A stretch of 64,000 bases of DNA from the human T2T-CHM13v2.0 reference genome, Homo sapiens. The position numbers and the translations under genes were made by a program. Of this stretch, positions 1 to 15,328 are shown piece by piece; position 1 is the stretch's first letter, and every line of letters starts with the position of its first letter. The stretch is taken from NCBI RefSeq assembly GCF_009914755.1, contig NC_060927.1; one strand, given 5' to 3'. The notes beneath the pieces are model-generated. The model had not been told where the DNA came from. It ran no database searches and saw only the letters and a list, made by a program, of their open reading frames with translations.

Positions 1-1554
1 TCTATACCAAGAAGCCAAGAGCAAATTTACACATTGCTATTAACATTTTAAGTGTTACGCAAAACAATGATGTTTGAAGGTAAAAACTCAACACTTCTGG
101 AAAGTTTAATTAAAGGGATTGTTCATCAAGACAGGGTCCAGCAAAGCAATGCTTGCTTTTCTCAGGAAATAGAAGCGTTTACACCTTCTTTAAAGTTAGC
201 TTCTTTGAAGTTAGCTTGTATCACACTGACCTTTCCTGTTTAGAAGCACCAAGACAAGGTACCTGTGATTACTGGGTGTCTTCTAGCTGTCCAAAGTCAA
301 ACCAAGAAATCCTTATAGACCTTTAGCTTTATGTTCTCACAGCCAAGCAATACTCTTTGTTAGGAAGCAATCAGCTCCCAGAGATCTTTTAGGTTACTCC
401 TCTAAGAAGTTAAGCTACATCAATGACTATCAACTTGTGAGAGTTCCAGTTGATCTATATCTTACCAACATTTGGTAATGACTTTTATTTTTTAAATTAG
501 CCATTCTAGTGTGTAATGGTATCTCATTTTGGTTTAAATTTGCATTTCCTGAGTTACCGATAAAATTGAGCATGGTTTCATGTGTTTACTTGCCTTCTTT
601 GAACAATCCATTCAAATATTTTGTGCATTTTTAAATTGGGTTGCCTCCTTTCTTGTTGAATTTTAAGAGTTTTTAATATAATCTGCTTATATGGGTTTTT
701 CAGAGATAAAACTTGCAACTATTTCTTTTCACTTCATAGCAGATCTTTTCATTCTCTTAGTGTTTTTTACAGAGCAAAAGCTCCTAATTTTGATGAAACT
801 CAATATATTTTTTTTTCTTTCGGTATCGTGTCTAAGATCTCATTGCCCAACAAAGGTCACAAAGTTTATATTTCATTTAAAAGTGATAAAGTTTTATGCT
901 TAATATTTAGATCTATGAGGTATTGTTTGAGATTCTTTATTTGCATATAGATATCAAATTTTCTGAGGGGTATTTGTTGAAAAAACTAAATTTTTTACAA
1001 AACAGCCTTTGCACTTTTGTAAAAGGTTAATTGACCATTGTTTCTGGAATCTCTCTTCTGTTTTATTGATCTATGTGTTTATCCTTTTACCAATTTTATA
1101 CTGTGTTTATTGTTATAGCTTATGAGTCTTGAAATCAGATAGGATGTTTGCTCCAATTTTGTTCTTCAAAATTGTTTAACAACTTCAGTTCCTTTGACTT
1201 TCCACGTAAGTGTTAGACTCAGCTTGTTGGCATTTACAACCTAATTCTGAAAGTCATTGCATTGAATCTATAGATTCATTTAAAAAGAATTGGCATCTTG
1301 GCAATATTAATACTTCTAATCCATGAATCTAGTATATCTCTATGTATTATATATTAATAAAAGAAAACCCAAATAAGCCTAATAAAAGAAAACTTAAGAT
1401 TTATTTAGGGTTTTTTTATTTCTTTGGCCAACGTTTTGTCATTTTCAGCATACACATCCAGTCCATATATTTTTTATATTTATGTCTAAGTATCAATGCT
1501 ATTATAAATGGTACTTTTTAAAATCTTGACTTCCAAGTGTGCATTGCTGATATA

Positions 1555-2225
<671 letters not shown>

Positions 2226-3441
2226 TATAGTAAAACAAGTGATTTTTTTTTATGTGTTGACCTTACGTCCTGCAACCTTGCTAACATCACTTATTAGTTC
2301 TAGGAGGTTTGTGTGTGTGGGTTTATAAATTCTTCAAGATTTTCCATGTAGATAGTTGTCTCTAATGTGAATAGAGAGTTTTATTTCTTCCCTTCTAATC
2401 TGTATGTCTTTTATTTCTTTTAATTACTTTATTGCATGGCTAAAAATTTTAGAATATTTAATAAGGATAGTGAGAACAGACATACTTGTCCTGTTCCTGA
2501 TATCAGAAAAAATCATTCAGTCTTTCACCCTTTAGCATGAAACCCATATAAGCTATAGGGGTGTTGTTGTTGTTGTTGTAGGTGCCCTTTATTTGGGTAA
2601 GAGAATTTATTATTACTGGTTTGCCAGGCGTTTTTGTTTGGTTGTTGTTTTTTTTTTTTTAATCATGAATGGATGTTGAATTTTGTCTAATAGTTTTTCT
2701 ATATCTATTGAGAAGATCATATGGTTCATCTTCCTTAATCTGTTAATGCCATCATTAACTTCATTGATTTTTGAATGTTGAGCTATCCTTGTGTCCCCAG
2801 AATAAACTCCCAATTTTCTGATATATTATTCTTTTTACATTCAATTTACTAATATTTTGTTGGAGATTTTGAAGGCTATTCATGACAAATAGTGGTCTGC
2901 AGCTCTCTTGTAATATCTTTGTCTTGTTTTGCTTTAGGGTAATGTTGGCGTCATTAACAGAATTGAGAAATATTACTTTCTCCTTAATTTTCTGAATGAG
3001 ATTATGTGGAATTGCTATTAATTCTTTCTTAAATATTTTCTAGAATTTACCAGGGAAACCATCTAGGTTTGGAGTTTTCTTTGTTGAAGGTTTTTAACTA
3101 TGTATTCAATTTATTTAATATATGTAGACTATCCAAGTTACACATTTCTTCTTGAGTGACTTTTGTTAGTCTGTATCTTTAAAGGAATTGGTCCATTTCA
3201 TCTAAGTTATTAGACTTTGTGTCTGTAGAGTCTGTAGTGATATCCTCTCTTTTATTCTTAATATTAGTAAGTTGCATCTCCTCTCTCTGTTTGTCAGTCT
3301 GGCTAGATGCTTAACAGTTTTGTTGATCCTTTTAAAAACACAGCTTTTGTGTTTTATTTTTCTCTATAGATTTTCTGTTTCAAATTTTATTCTATTCTAT
3401 TCTTCTATCTATATCATTTCTTTCTTTCTTTGGGTCTATTC

Positions 3442-4200
3442 CATGCTTGGGGGTGAACCTGGAACCTGTGTCAATTTATAATACAGAGCTAGGGGATCTT
3501 CTGCTTCACTTCTCTTTTCCCTGGGACTTTTTTTTCATAGTCTCTCGTCCCAAATAGTTCCCTTTTCTTCATTCCTCTGACCAGAAACATGGATTTCTCC
3601 CCTTAAACTCTTGTACATTTCAGAGTGATTATCTGCCTTTGGGGTGGAAGCACAAGAGTAAATAGGGAAGAAAAAATTATGAAGATTTCATGCACACTCT
3701 TCAGCCCACAGGGACCCATTTTTCTGGTTCCTCTGGAGAGGCAGGTTTTTCTCTTGGGGTTTTACCTACCCATGCTACTTGCTGCTGTCACCACCACATC
3801 AACACGATTTTATGACTGGGAACATTCTTAGAGCAGGACTTGGGAGAAAAAAAGGAGGGAGAAATAAACCAGTTACTTCCCCTGCAACTTCCAGTTCATA
3901 GGGGGCCCCCTTTTTGGATCTCTGGCCAGAAATAGGAGTTTCTATCAGAGTTCTTACTGTGCATGATCACTACATTGTTCTCCAGCACAGGCCACTAAGC
4001 TTATCCTCAGTAAACCAGAAAACTTAGTGGTTCTGGCCATTCTTCAAGTTTTTACTTCCTTATTATCTGCCTGCAGTTGTTTACTTTTCAGAATCCTCAG
4101 ACAGTTGCTTTTTATTCTGTCTGAAACTCTTCGGCTGTAGTAAGTAGAGGGAGTGGTTTCTAGTGGATTTACCCCATCTTGATCAGTACTGCAAGTTCTC
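3442..4200 (-). mobile_element. 5' end / 5'UTR of an old L1 (L1MD/L1MEc/L1M4-like)
   Basis: Ends in ...tttaccccatcttgatcagtactgcaagttc, the reverse complement of an old-L1 5' terminus containing CAAGATGG. The segment tgtttacttttcagaatcctcagacagttgctttt resembles recalled L1ME/L1MD 5'-end consensus. Confidence 0.6.
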
Positions 4201-6662
4201 ATCATCAAATACTATAAGCAAAATTTTGCTCAGAAGAACAGATGCTTCTGGAAGTTGGGATTAGAATAATAGTAGATTCAGAATTTGGGGGATATTTGAA
4301 GTGAGAATACCAAACCATAAAAAAAAGTATCTGTCTCCTCACCAAAAGGAGATCAGAGGTATTTTCAGAGTCTCAGCAAAGTTGAAAGGTGTTTAGTCTT
4401 CATTATGGTTGAATTTCAACTGCCTTTTTCCTGTGTGTCTGTGATAGTCATCATGCCTTTTACTCACTCAAATCACAGACAAAACATTCCATAGCTGAAA
4501 TAAGCAAGTCTGCTGTTTCATGTGGTTAACTGCTTTTCTATTATCTATTACAGCTCTTGAGTGAGGTTACAGGGTAATAGGGCAGAATGAAGACATGCGT
4601 GCGAGCACACATACACAAACACAGGAGATGGAAAGGCTTTGCTATAAAACCCCTTCTTTGACTATTACTCACTTTTGTTTTGTGCATTAAAATAGAAATA
4701 GAAATGTCATAATTTTCCCCATAGTATTTGTATCTGTGAATAAACAGTGCCACATATTACTCCACTACTTATTTGAATACTAGAGATGTTAATCAACCCT
4801 GTTTTCTTATATTTTAAATCAACTCTAGGATTGTAAAAATCAAACATCTCTAGATACTTTATAAGATTTTAAACCTCAAGTCTATATATCCTGAAAAATA
4901 GTACATGTGAGTTATTTCAGAGGATCTTTTAACTCTATCTTCTTTGGTATTTGTAGATCTATTTTTGTGTATTCCTCAGAAATATTCATATTTCTGATTC
5001 ATTCATGATGTAGTTATAGCTCATTGTATAAATGAATAACTTTATAAATATAGCCACAGGCCCTGCTGTATTCATTCAACAAATATTAATTGTGCCAAGA
5101 ACAATGCTAATTGCAAGAATTGGAGCAGTAAACAAAAACAATGCATGTAGTGGATAATTGGGCACTCTGCCTAATTTTACTCATCAACAGATTTTAAGCT
5201 CCAGATAATTTCAAAGATAATAATACCCTGTTAATTCTTATCTCAGAATAGCAGATGATTAATTTGTTGCTTTACATATCTGTAGCCACATATTCACTCT
5301 GCTGACCTTCTAAAGACTAAGAAGTCCTCTTCTAAAATGTCCTGAATTTTTGAAACAAAAGCCATGAACAATACATAAATAAAGTTATCTTACTAGTACA
5401 AAGAAAGGAAGGAATTGAACATGGGATCTAGTGAAGGATGGAAGGAAAGAGAAGAGGAAAGAAAAGGAGCATCTTTTCTTCCCTTCACTATGCACTTTAA
5501 TGCATATAAAAGCGCTGGTGCTCCGAACAATTAATATATACATGTGTAACAATGAAAATAAATGCTAGATTTTACATTAATGTATGTCTGCTGCTGTTTA
5601 TTTAGCATTTCATATTGAATTTGGTGTTTGGTAGGGGTCATAAGAAAAATAGAGTGGAATTTCTCCTCATGCAATACATTTTATTAAGAGTGCTAGGAAC
5701 TTTTTTGAATGTAAGTATTATTTATCTGGAAGATCTCGCATCATTTTTTTATGGTTAATAGAGTTTTCTAATATAATATTTATTTTAAACCCCGGAAATT
5801 CAGAGAATATCATTATTCTGATAATTCTGTTCTCTTATCCTGTTTCTTTACCTAACTCTAAACACAAGTTGTTGGTCTTCCAGAACTGAGTCAGTCAACT
5901 GTGCACTTGTATTTTGGTGTTGCTTGAAAGAGAGTATCTTACGCTATTATCATAATTGCTATCTTTCCATTTAATAAAGGTCTCCTTTTATCTGAAAAGA
6001 TTTTCTTTAATAGTTAAAAGCTTTCTTGCATTAATATCTCAAAACAGAGGAATTCCATATAAAACAATACTCATTATGCTTTAGCTAATCCCTTTGGAGA
6101 ACTTGGTTACTGAAGAACTGAGATGATCTCATTAAAAGTTGGTGGCATTTATTAGACAACCCCAAAGGGTGGCTTCCCAAAGCAGCATTATAAAATGATC
6201 TTAATGTAACCAGAATATTCTTTTAATAAATATTCTGCTTTTTTTCCTATCTGATCACTGCTGTCATTTATTTTTCTTTTTGCACTTCAATATTCTAAAT
6301 GCCATATGTTATTTTCTAAATCTTACAGGAGAGAAAAATGTATCTTCTAAACAGTTTTTTGTTTTACATGAGCAGATAATATTTGTTTTTTAAAAAAGCC
6401 ACCCTCCAAAAATATAATGTAAAACTTTTGATTAGAAACTCTTTCTGAAAATAACAGCTTTATTGAGATTTAGTTATATATTATAAAGTTCACCATTTTA
6501 AAGTGTACAATCCAGTGAGTTTAATTTATTAAGTTAGACACCCATCATCACTATCTAATTCCAGAACATGTTATATCACCCCAAAAAGAAGCATCATAAA
6601 CCATTAGCAGTTCTCCATTCTACTTCCCCTCAACCCCTGGCAAATGCTACTCTAGTCTACTC

Positions 6663-6704
6663 TACTTTTAATGCCAAAACCGCAATTACTTTTGCACCAA
6701 CCCT
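6663..6704. mobile_element. Half MADE1 (Hsmar1-derived MITE)
   Basis: tacttttaatgccaaaaccgcaattacttttgcaccaaccct corresponds to the MADE1 spacer plus one 37-bp TIR. Confidence 0.85.
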
Positions 6705-7581
6705 ATTTTGGATACCTCATATATATGAAATCATACAATATATGGTCTGTTGTGACTGGCTTCTTTTTTTTTATTGATACATAATATTTGTACATATATA
6801 GAGAGAGTACATGTGATACTTTGTTGCATGCATAGAAGGTGTACTTAGGATATCCATCACCTTGAGAATTTATCATTTCTACATGTCAGGAACATTTCAA
6901 GTCTTCTGTTCTAGTTATTTTGAAATATACAACACATTGCTGTTACCTTCTTCTGTCAAACATTAGAATTTATTCCTTCTATTTAATTGTATGTTTGTAC
7001 CTATTAACCAACCTGTCTTCATCCTCCAGCCCCCCCCCACACATCCTTCCCAGTCTCTGGTATCTAGGATTCTACTCTCTACCTTTATGAGATCCACTTT
7101 TTTTAGTTCCTACATATGAATGAAAACATGGAATATTTGTCTTTCCATGCCTGGCTTATTTCACTTAACATAAGGACCTCCAATTCCATCCACGTTGTTA
7201 AAAATGACATGATTTTATTGTTTTGTATGGCCAAATAGTATTCCATTATATATACCATATAGACCAAATTTTCTTTATTCATTTATCCATTGGTGGACAC
7301 TTAAAATGATTCCATATCTTTGATGTTGTGAATAGTGCTGCAGTAAACATGGGGTACAGGTATCCCTTTGATATACTGATGTTTTTTCCCTTGCGTAAAT
7401 ACCCAGGAATGGAATTGCTGGATTGTATAGTAGTTGCATTTTTAGTTTTTTGAAAAATTGCCATACACATTTGCATAGTAGCTGCACTACTTTACATCCC
7501 CACCAATGGTGTATAAGAATTCTCTTTTCCCTGCATCCTTGTCAGCATCGGTTATTTTTTGTCTTTTTAATAATACCTGTG

Positions 7582-7999
<418 letters not shown>

Positions 8000-10413
8000 C
8001 TATTCATGTCCTTTGCCCACTTTTTAATGGGATTGTTTATTACTATTAAATTGTTTGAGTTCCTTGTATATTCTGGATATTAGTCCCTTGTCATATGAAT
8101 AGTTTGCAAATATTTTTCCTATTCAACAGGTTGTTCTATAACTCTGTTAATTGTTTCCTCTGCTGATCAGAAGCTTCTTGGTTTAATATAGTACCGTTTG
8201 TTGATTTTTTATTTTGTTGGCTGTGCCTTTGAGATCTTAGCCATAATATCTTTCCCTAGACCAGTGTCTTCAAGTGTTTCCCCTATGTATTCTTCTAGTA
8301 ATTTTATAGTTTTGGGTGTTATGTTTAAGTCTTTAATCCATCTAAAGTTTATTTTTCAATTTGATGAGAGATAGGAGTCCATTTTATTCTTCTGCATATG
8401 GGTGTCCAATTTTCCCAGCACCATTTATTGAAGAGGATGTCCTTTTCCCAGTATAGGTTCTTGACCTCTTTGTCAAAAATCAGTTGGCTATATATACATA
8501 GATTTATTTCTGGGTCCTCTATTCTGTTCCGTTGGTCTGCGCATCTGTTTTTATGCCAATATAATGCTGTTTTGGTTAGCAGAGACTTGAAATATATTTC
8601 GAAATCTAATAGTGTGATGCCTCCCGCTTTGTTTTTTGTGTTCAGGGTTGCTTTGGTTATTCAGGCTCTTTTTTGGTTCCATACAAATTTTTTCTATTTC
8701 TGTGAAAAATTACATTGGTATTTTGACAGAGATTGCACTGAATCTGTAAGTTGCTTTGGGTAGTATCTTCATTTTAATGATATTAATTCTTCTGATCCAC
8801 GAGCATAGATGCCTTTCCATTTGTTTGTGATTTCTTCAGTTTCTTTCATCAGTGTTTGGTAGCTTTCCTTGTAGTGGTCTTTCAATTCCTTGGTTAAATT
8901 TTTTCCTAGGTTGTTGGTGTTTGTTTGTTTTTTTTTTGTTATCGCTGTTTTGGGTTTGTTTGTTTGTTTTTGTAATTCTTGTAAATGGGATTGCATTCTT
9001 GATTTCATTCTCGGTTAGTTCATCATTGGTGTATAGAAACGCTACTGCTTTTTGTATGTTTTATGTATCCTGCAACTTTGCTGAATTTATTAGGTGTAAG
9101 AATTTTGGTGGAGTCTTTAGGTTTTTCTAGATATAAGATGATGTTCTCTGAAGAAAAGGACAACTTGACTTCCTCATTTTCAATTTGGATGCATTTGAGT
9201 TCTTTCTCATACCTGATTGCTGTGACTAGGACTTCCAGTACTATGTTGAATAGAAGTGGTGAAAGTATGCATCCTTGTCTTGTTCTAGTTCTTTTAGAAA
9301 AGGCTTTCAACTCTTTTCCATTTAGTATAATGTTAACTATGTGTTTGTTATATATGGCCTTTATTATATTTTGTGGTATGTTTCCTTCTATGCCTAGTTT
9401 GTTGATAGTTTTTTATCATGAAGCAATGTTGAATCTTATCAAATGCTTTTTCTGCATTTATTGAGTGATCATACAGTTTTTGTCCTTCATTCTATTGATG
9501 TAATATGTCAGGTTTATTGAGTTACATATGTGGAGACATTCTTACATCCCTGAGATGAACCCCACTTGTTCATGGTGTATTATCTTTTTGATGTGCTGTT
9601 GAATTCAGTTTGTTAGTATTTTGTTGAGGATTTTTGCGTCTGTGTCTATCAGGGATATTAGCCTGTAGTTTTCTTTTTTGTTGTTGTGTCTTTGTCTGGT
9701 TTTTGTATCAGGGTAATTTTGGCTTTGTAGAATGAATTAGAGAAAATTTCTTCTCTCCTCAACTTTTTAGAATTGTTTGAGAAGAATTGGTGTTCTTTGG
9801 AAGTTTGGTAGAATTTGACAATGAAGCCATTTGGCCCTAGGCTTTTCTTTATTGAGAAGTTATTTATTACCAAGTCAATCTCATTACTTCTTGTTGGTCT
9901 GTTCAGCCTTTCTATTTCTTCTTGATTAAGTCTAAGTAGATTGCATGTGTCTAGGAATTTATATATTTCCCCTGGGTTTTCCAGTTTATTTGTGTATAGT
10001 TGTTCATAATAGTCTCTGATGACCTTCTCCATTTCTGTGGTATCAGTTGTAATATAATGGGCATTCTGGAACATGCTGTTTCATTTACATATATTTGTAC
10101 AATTTCCAAAGTTTCTCTAGTTACTGAGTTTTAGTGGTCTGAGCAGATACTTGTTATGATTTTGATTTTTAAAAGTCTGTTGAGATTTGTTTTATGTCTT
10201 TTTTTAAATTATACTTTAAGTTCTGGGATACATGTGCAGAACATGCAGTTTTGTTACGTAGGTATACATGGAACCATGTTGGTTTGCTGCACCCATCACC
10301 CCATCATCCACATTAGCTATTTCTCCTAATGCTATGCCTCCCCTTCCCTGCCACAACCCCCGGACAGGCCCGGGTGTGATGTTCCCCTCCCTGTGCCCGT
10401 ATTTTCTCATTGT

Positions 10414-13400
10414 TCAACTCCTACCTATGAATGAGAACATGCAGTGTTTGGTTTTCTGTTTCAGTGTTAGTTTGCTGAGAATGATGGCTTCCAGATTCAT
10501 GCATATCCCTGCAAAGGACATGAACTCATTCTTTTTTATGGCTGTATAGTATTCCATGGTTTATATGTGCCACATTTTCTTTATCCAGTCTAACATTGAT
10601 CGGCATTTGGGTTGGTTCCAAGTCTTTGCTATTGTGAATAGTGCATGTGCATACGTGTGCATGTGTCTATATAGCAGAATGATTTATAATCCTTTGGGTA
10701 TATACCCAGTAATGGGATTGCTAGGTCAAATGGTATTTCTAGTTCTAGATCCTTGAGGAATTGCCTCATTGTCTTCCACAATGGTTGAACTAATTTACAC
10801 TCCCACCAACAGTGTAAAAACTTTCCTATTTCTCCACATCCTCTCCAGCATCTGTTGTTTCCTGACTTTTTAATGATCACCACTTTAACTGGCGTGAGAT
10901 GGTATCTCATTGTGGTTTTGATTTGCATTTCTCTAATGACCAGTGGATGAGCTTCTTTTCATATGTTTTTTGGCCACATAAATGTCTTCTTTTCAAAAGC
11001 ATCTGTTCATATCCTTCCCCCACTTTTCAATGAGGTTTTTTTTTCTTGTAAATTTGTTTAAGTTCCTTGTAGATTCTGGATATTAGCCCTTTGTCAGATG
11101 GATAGATAGCAAAAATTTTCTCCCATTCTGTAGGTTGCCTGTTCACTCTGATGGTAGTTTATTTTGCCGTGCAGAAACTCTTTAGTTTAATTAGATCCCA
11201 TTTGGAAATTTTGGCTTTTGTTGACATTGCTTTTGGTGTTTTGGTCATGAAGTCTTTGCCCATGCCTATGTTCTGAACGGTATTGCCTAGGTTTTCTTCT
11301 AGGATTTTTAGGGTTTTAGGTCTTGTGTTTAAATCTTTAATCCATCTTGAGTTAATCTTTGTATAAGGTGAAAGGAAGGGGTCCAGTCTCAGTTTTCTGC
11401 ATATGACTAGCCAGTTTTCCCCATACCATTTATTAAATAGGGAATCCTTTTCCCATTGCTTTTTTTTCTGTCAGGTTCATCAAAGATCAGATGGTTGTAG
11501 ATGTGTGGCGTTATTTCTGAGGGCTCTGTTCTGTTCCATTGGTCTATATATCTGTTTTGGTACCAGTACCATGCTGTTTTGGTTATTGTAGCCTTGTAAT
11601 ATAGTTTGAAGTGAAGTAGCATGATGCCTCCAGCTTTGTTCTTTTTGCTTAAGATTGTGTTGGCTATATGGGCTCTTTTTTGGTTCCATATGAAATTTAA
11701 AGAAGTTTTTTCCAATTTTATGAAGAAAGTCAATGGTACTTTGATGAGAATAGCATTGAATCTATCAATTACTTTGGGCAGTATGGCCATTTTCACAATT
11801 TTGATTTTTCCTATCCATGAGCATGGAATGTTTTTCCATTTGTTTGTGTCCTCTCTTATTTTCTTGAGCAGTGGTTTGTAGTTCTCCTTGAAGAGGTCCT
11901 TCACATCCCCTGTAAGTTGTATTTCTAGGTATTTTTTTCTCTTTGTAGCAATTGTGAATGGGAATTCACTCATGGTTTGGCTCCCTGTTTGTCTATAATT
12001 GGTGTATAGGAGTGCTTGTGATTTTTGCAGATCGATTTTTTATCCTGAGACTTTGCTGAAGTTACTTATCAGCTTAAGGAGTTCTTGGGCTGAGATCATG
12101 GGGTTTTCTAAATATACAATCATGTCATCTGAAAACAGAGATAATTTGACTTCCTCTCTTCCTGTTTGAATACCCTTTATTTCTTCCTCTTGCCTGATTG
12201 CCCTGACCAGAACTTTCAATACTGTGTTGAATAGGAGTGGTGAGAGAGGACATCCTTGTCTTGTGCTGGTTTTCAAAGGGAATGGTTCCAGCTTATGCCC
12301 ATTCAGTGTGATATTGGCTGTGGGTTTGTCATCAATAGCTCTTATTATTTTGAGGTATGTTTCATTAATACCTAGTTTATTGAGTGTTTTTAGCCTGAAG
12401 GGGTGTTGAATTTTATCAAAGACCTTTTCTGCATCTGTTGAGATAATCATGTGAGTTTTGTCATTGGTTCTGTTTATATGATGGATTACATTTACTGATT
12501 TGTGTATGTTGAAACAGCCTTGCATCCCATGGATGAAGCTGACTTGGTCGTGGTGGATAAGCTTTTTAATGTGCTTCTAGAATCGGTTTGCCAGTATTTT
12601 ATTGAGGATTTTTCCCTTCGATGTTCATCAGGGATATTGGCCTGAAATTTTGTTTTTCTGTTGTGTCTCTTTCAGGTTTTGGTATCAGGATGATGCTGGC
12701 CTCATAAAATGAGTCAGGGAGGAGTCTTTCTTTTTCTATTGTTTGAAATAGTTTTAAAAGGAATGGTACCAGCTCCTCTTTGTACCTCTGGTAGAATTCA
12801 GCTGTGAATCCATCTGTTCCTGGGCTCTTTTTAATTGATAGGCTATTAATTACTGCCTCAATTTCAGAACTTGTTATTAGTCTGTTCAGGTATTTGACTT
12901 CTTCCTGGTTTAGTCTTGGAAAGGTGTATGTGTCCAGGAATCTATCCATTTCTTCTAGATTTTCTAGTTTATTTATGTAAAAGTGTTTCTAGTATTCTCT
13001 GATAGTAGTTTGTGTTTCTGTGGGATCAGTGGTGATATCCCCTTTATCATTTTTTATTGTGTCTATTCGATTCTTCTCCTTTTCTTCTTTATTAGTCTGG
13101 CTAGCAGTCTATTTTTTTAATCTTTCCAATAAACCAGCTCCTGAATTCATTGATTTTTTTTTTTTTTTGAAGAGTTTGTGTCTTTATCTCCTTCAATTCT
13201 GCTCTGATCTTAGTTGTTTCTTGTCTTCTGCTAGCTTTTAAATGTGTTAACTCTTGCTTCCCTAGTTCTTTTAATTGTGATGTTAGGGTGTCAATTTTAG
13301 ATCTTTCCCGCCTTCTCCTGTGGGTATTTAGTGTTACAAATTTCCCTCTAAACACTGCTTTAGCTGTGTCTAAGAGATTCTTGTACATTGTGTCTTTGTT

Positions 13401-14225
13401 CTCATTGGTTTCAAAGAACTTATTTATTTCTGCCTTCATTTTGTTGTTTACCCAGTAGTCACTCAGGAGCAGGTTGTTCAGTTTTCATGTGGTTGTGAGA
13501 TTTTGAGTGAGTTTCTTAATCCTGAGTTCTAATTTGATTACACTGTGGTCTGAGAGAGTGTTTGTTATGATTTCTCTTCTTTTGCATTTGCTGAGGCATG
13601 TTTTACTTCCAATTATGTGGTCGATTTTAGTATAAGTGCTATGTAGTGCTGAGAAGCATGTATATTGTGTTGATTTGGGGTGGAGAGTTCTGTTGATGTC
13701 TATTAGGTCTTCTTGGTCCAGAGCTGAGTTCAAGTCCCAAATATCCTTGTTAATTTTCTGTCTCAATCTAATATTGACAGTGTGGTGTTAAAGTCTCCCA
13801 CTGTTATTGTGTGGGAGTCAAAGTCTCTTTGTAGATCTCTAAGAACTTGCTTTATGAATCTGGGTGCTCCCGTATTGGGTGCATATATATTTAGAATAGT
13901 TAGCTCTTCTTGTTGCATTGATTCCTTTAGCATTGTGTAATGCCTTTCTTTGTCTCTTTTGATCTTTGTTGGTTTAAAGTCTATTTTAAGAGAGACTAAG
14001 ATTGCAACTCCTGTTTTTTTTGCTTTCCATTTGCTTGGTAAATCTTCCTCCATCCCTTTATTTTGAGTCTATGAGTATCTTTAAGTGTGAGATGGGTCTC
14101 CTGAATACACCACACAGATGGGTTTTGATCTTTATCCAATTTGCCAATTTGTGCCTTTTAATTGGGGCATTTAGCCTGTTTACATTTAAGGTTTATATTG
14201 TTTTGTGTGAGACTGATCCTGTCAT
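10414..14225 (-). pseudogene. L1 ORF2 (endonuclease/reverse transcriptase), disrupted
   Basis: Starts ATGACAGGATCA at 14225. EN motifs YAPNTGAP, GDFNT and SDHS; RT motifs [22 protein letters not shown] and [11 protein letters not shown]; Cys-rich [18 protein letters not shown]. Broken into many short ORFs by stops and frameshifts. Confidence 0.93.
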
Positions 14226-14288
14226 TATGATGCTATCTGGTTATTTTGCCCATTAGTTGATGCACTATCTTCATAGTGTTGATGGCCT

Positions 14289-15328
14289 TTACATTTTGGT
14301 TTATTTTTGCAGTGGCTGGTACCGGTTTTTCCTTTCCACATTTAGTGTTTCCTTAAGGAGCTCTTGTAAGGCAGGCCTGGTGGTGACAAAATCCTTCAGC
14401 ATTTGCTTGTCTGTAAAGGATTTAGTTCTTCTTCACTTATGAAGCTTAGTTTGGCTGGATATGAAATTCTGGATTGAAAATTTTTTTATTTAAGAATGTT
14501 GAATATTGGCCCCCACTCTCTTCTTGCTTGTAGGGTTTCTGAAGAGAGATCTGCTGTTAGTCTGATAGGCTTCCCTTTGTGGGTAACCTGACCTTTCTCT
14601 CTGACTGCCCTTAACATTTTTTTCCTTCATTTCAATCTTGGTGAATCTGACGATGATGTGTCTTGGGGTTGCTCTTCTCGAGGAGATACTCTTGAGGAGT
14701 ATCTTTATGGTGTTCTCTGTATTTCCTGAATTTGAATGTTGGCCTGTCTTGCTGGGTCAGGGAAGTTCTCCTGGATAATATCCTGAAGTGTGTTTTCCAA
14801 CTTAATTCCATTTTCCTCATCACTTTCAGTTATACCAATCAAACGTGGGTTTGGTCTTTTCACAAAGTCCTATATTTCTTGGAGGCTTTGTTCATCCCTT
14901 TCCATTCTTTTTTCTCTAATCTTGTCTTCATGCTTTATTTCTTTAAGTTGATCTTCAATCTCTGATATCCTGTCTTATGCTTGATCGATTTGGCTATTGA
15001 TAGTTGTGTATGCTTCACAAAGTTCTTGTGCTGTGTTTTTCAGCTCCATCAGGTCATGTATGTTCTTCTCTAAACTAGTTATTCCAGTTAGCAGTACTTC
15101 TAACATTTTTTCAAGGTTCTTAGCTTCCTTGCATTGGATTAGAACATGCTCCTTTAGCACGGAGGAGTTTGTTATTACCCATCTTCTGAAGCCTAATTCT
15201 GTCAATTTGTCAAACTCATTCTCCATCCAGTTTTATTCCCTTGCTGGCGAGGAGTTGTGATCCTTTGGAGGAGAAGAGGTATTCTGGTTTTTGGAATTTT
15301 CCGCCTTTTTGTGCTTGTTTTTCCTCAC
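14289..15328 (-). pseudogene. L1 ORF1 (RNA-binding chaperone), disrupted
   Basis: ORF 14975..15226(-) 'MENEFDKLTELGFRRWVITNSSVLKEHV...DLMELKNTAQELCEAY' is the ORF1p coiled coil. The start codon reads GTG at 15328, with frameshifts downstream. Confidence 0.88.

Noticed and set aside
185-214. 15-bp tandem duplication (an 18-bp one also occurs near 32072)
   Set aside because: Ordinary replication-slippage duplications.
5500-5520. TATAAAAG box (also TATATAAG near 59631)
   Set aside because: Isolated TATA motifs are common in AT-rich DNA, and there is no CpG island or exon support.
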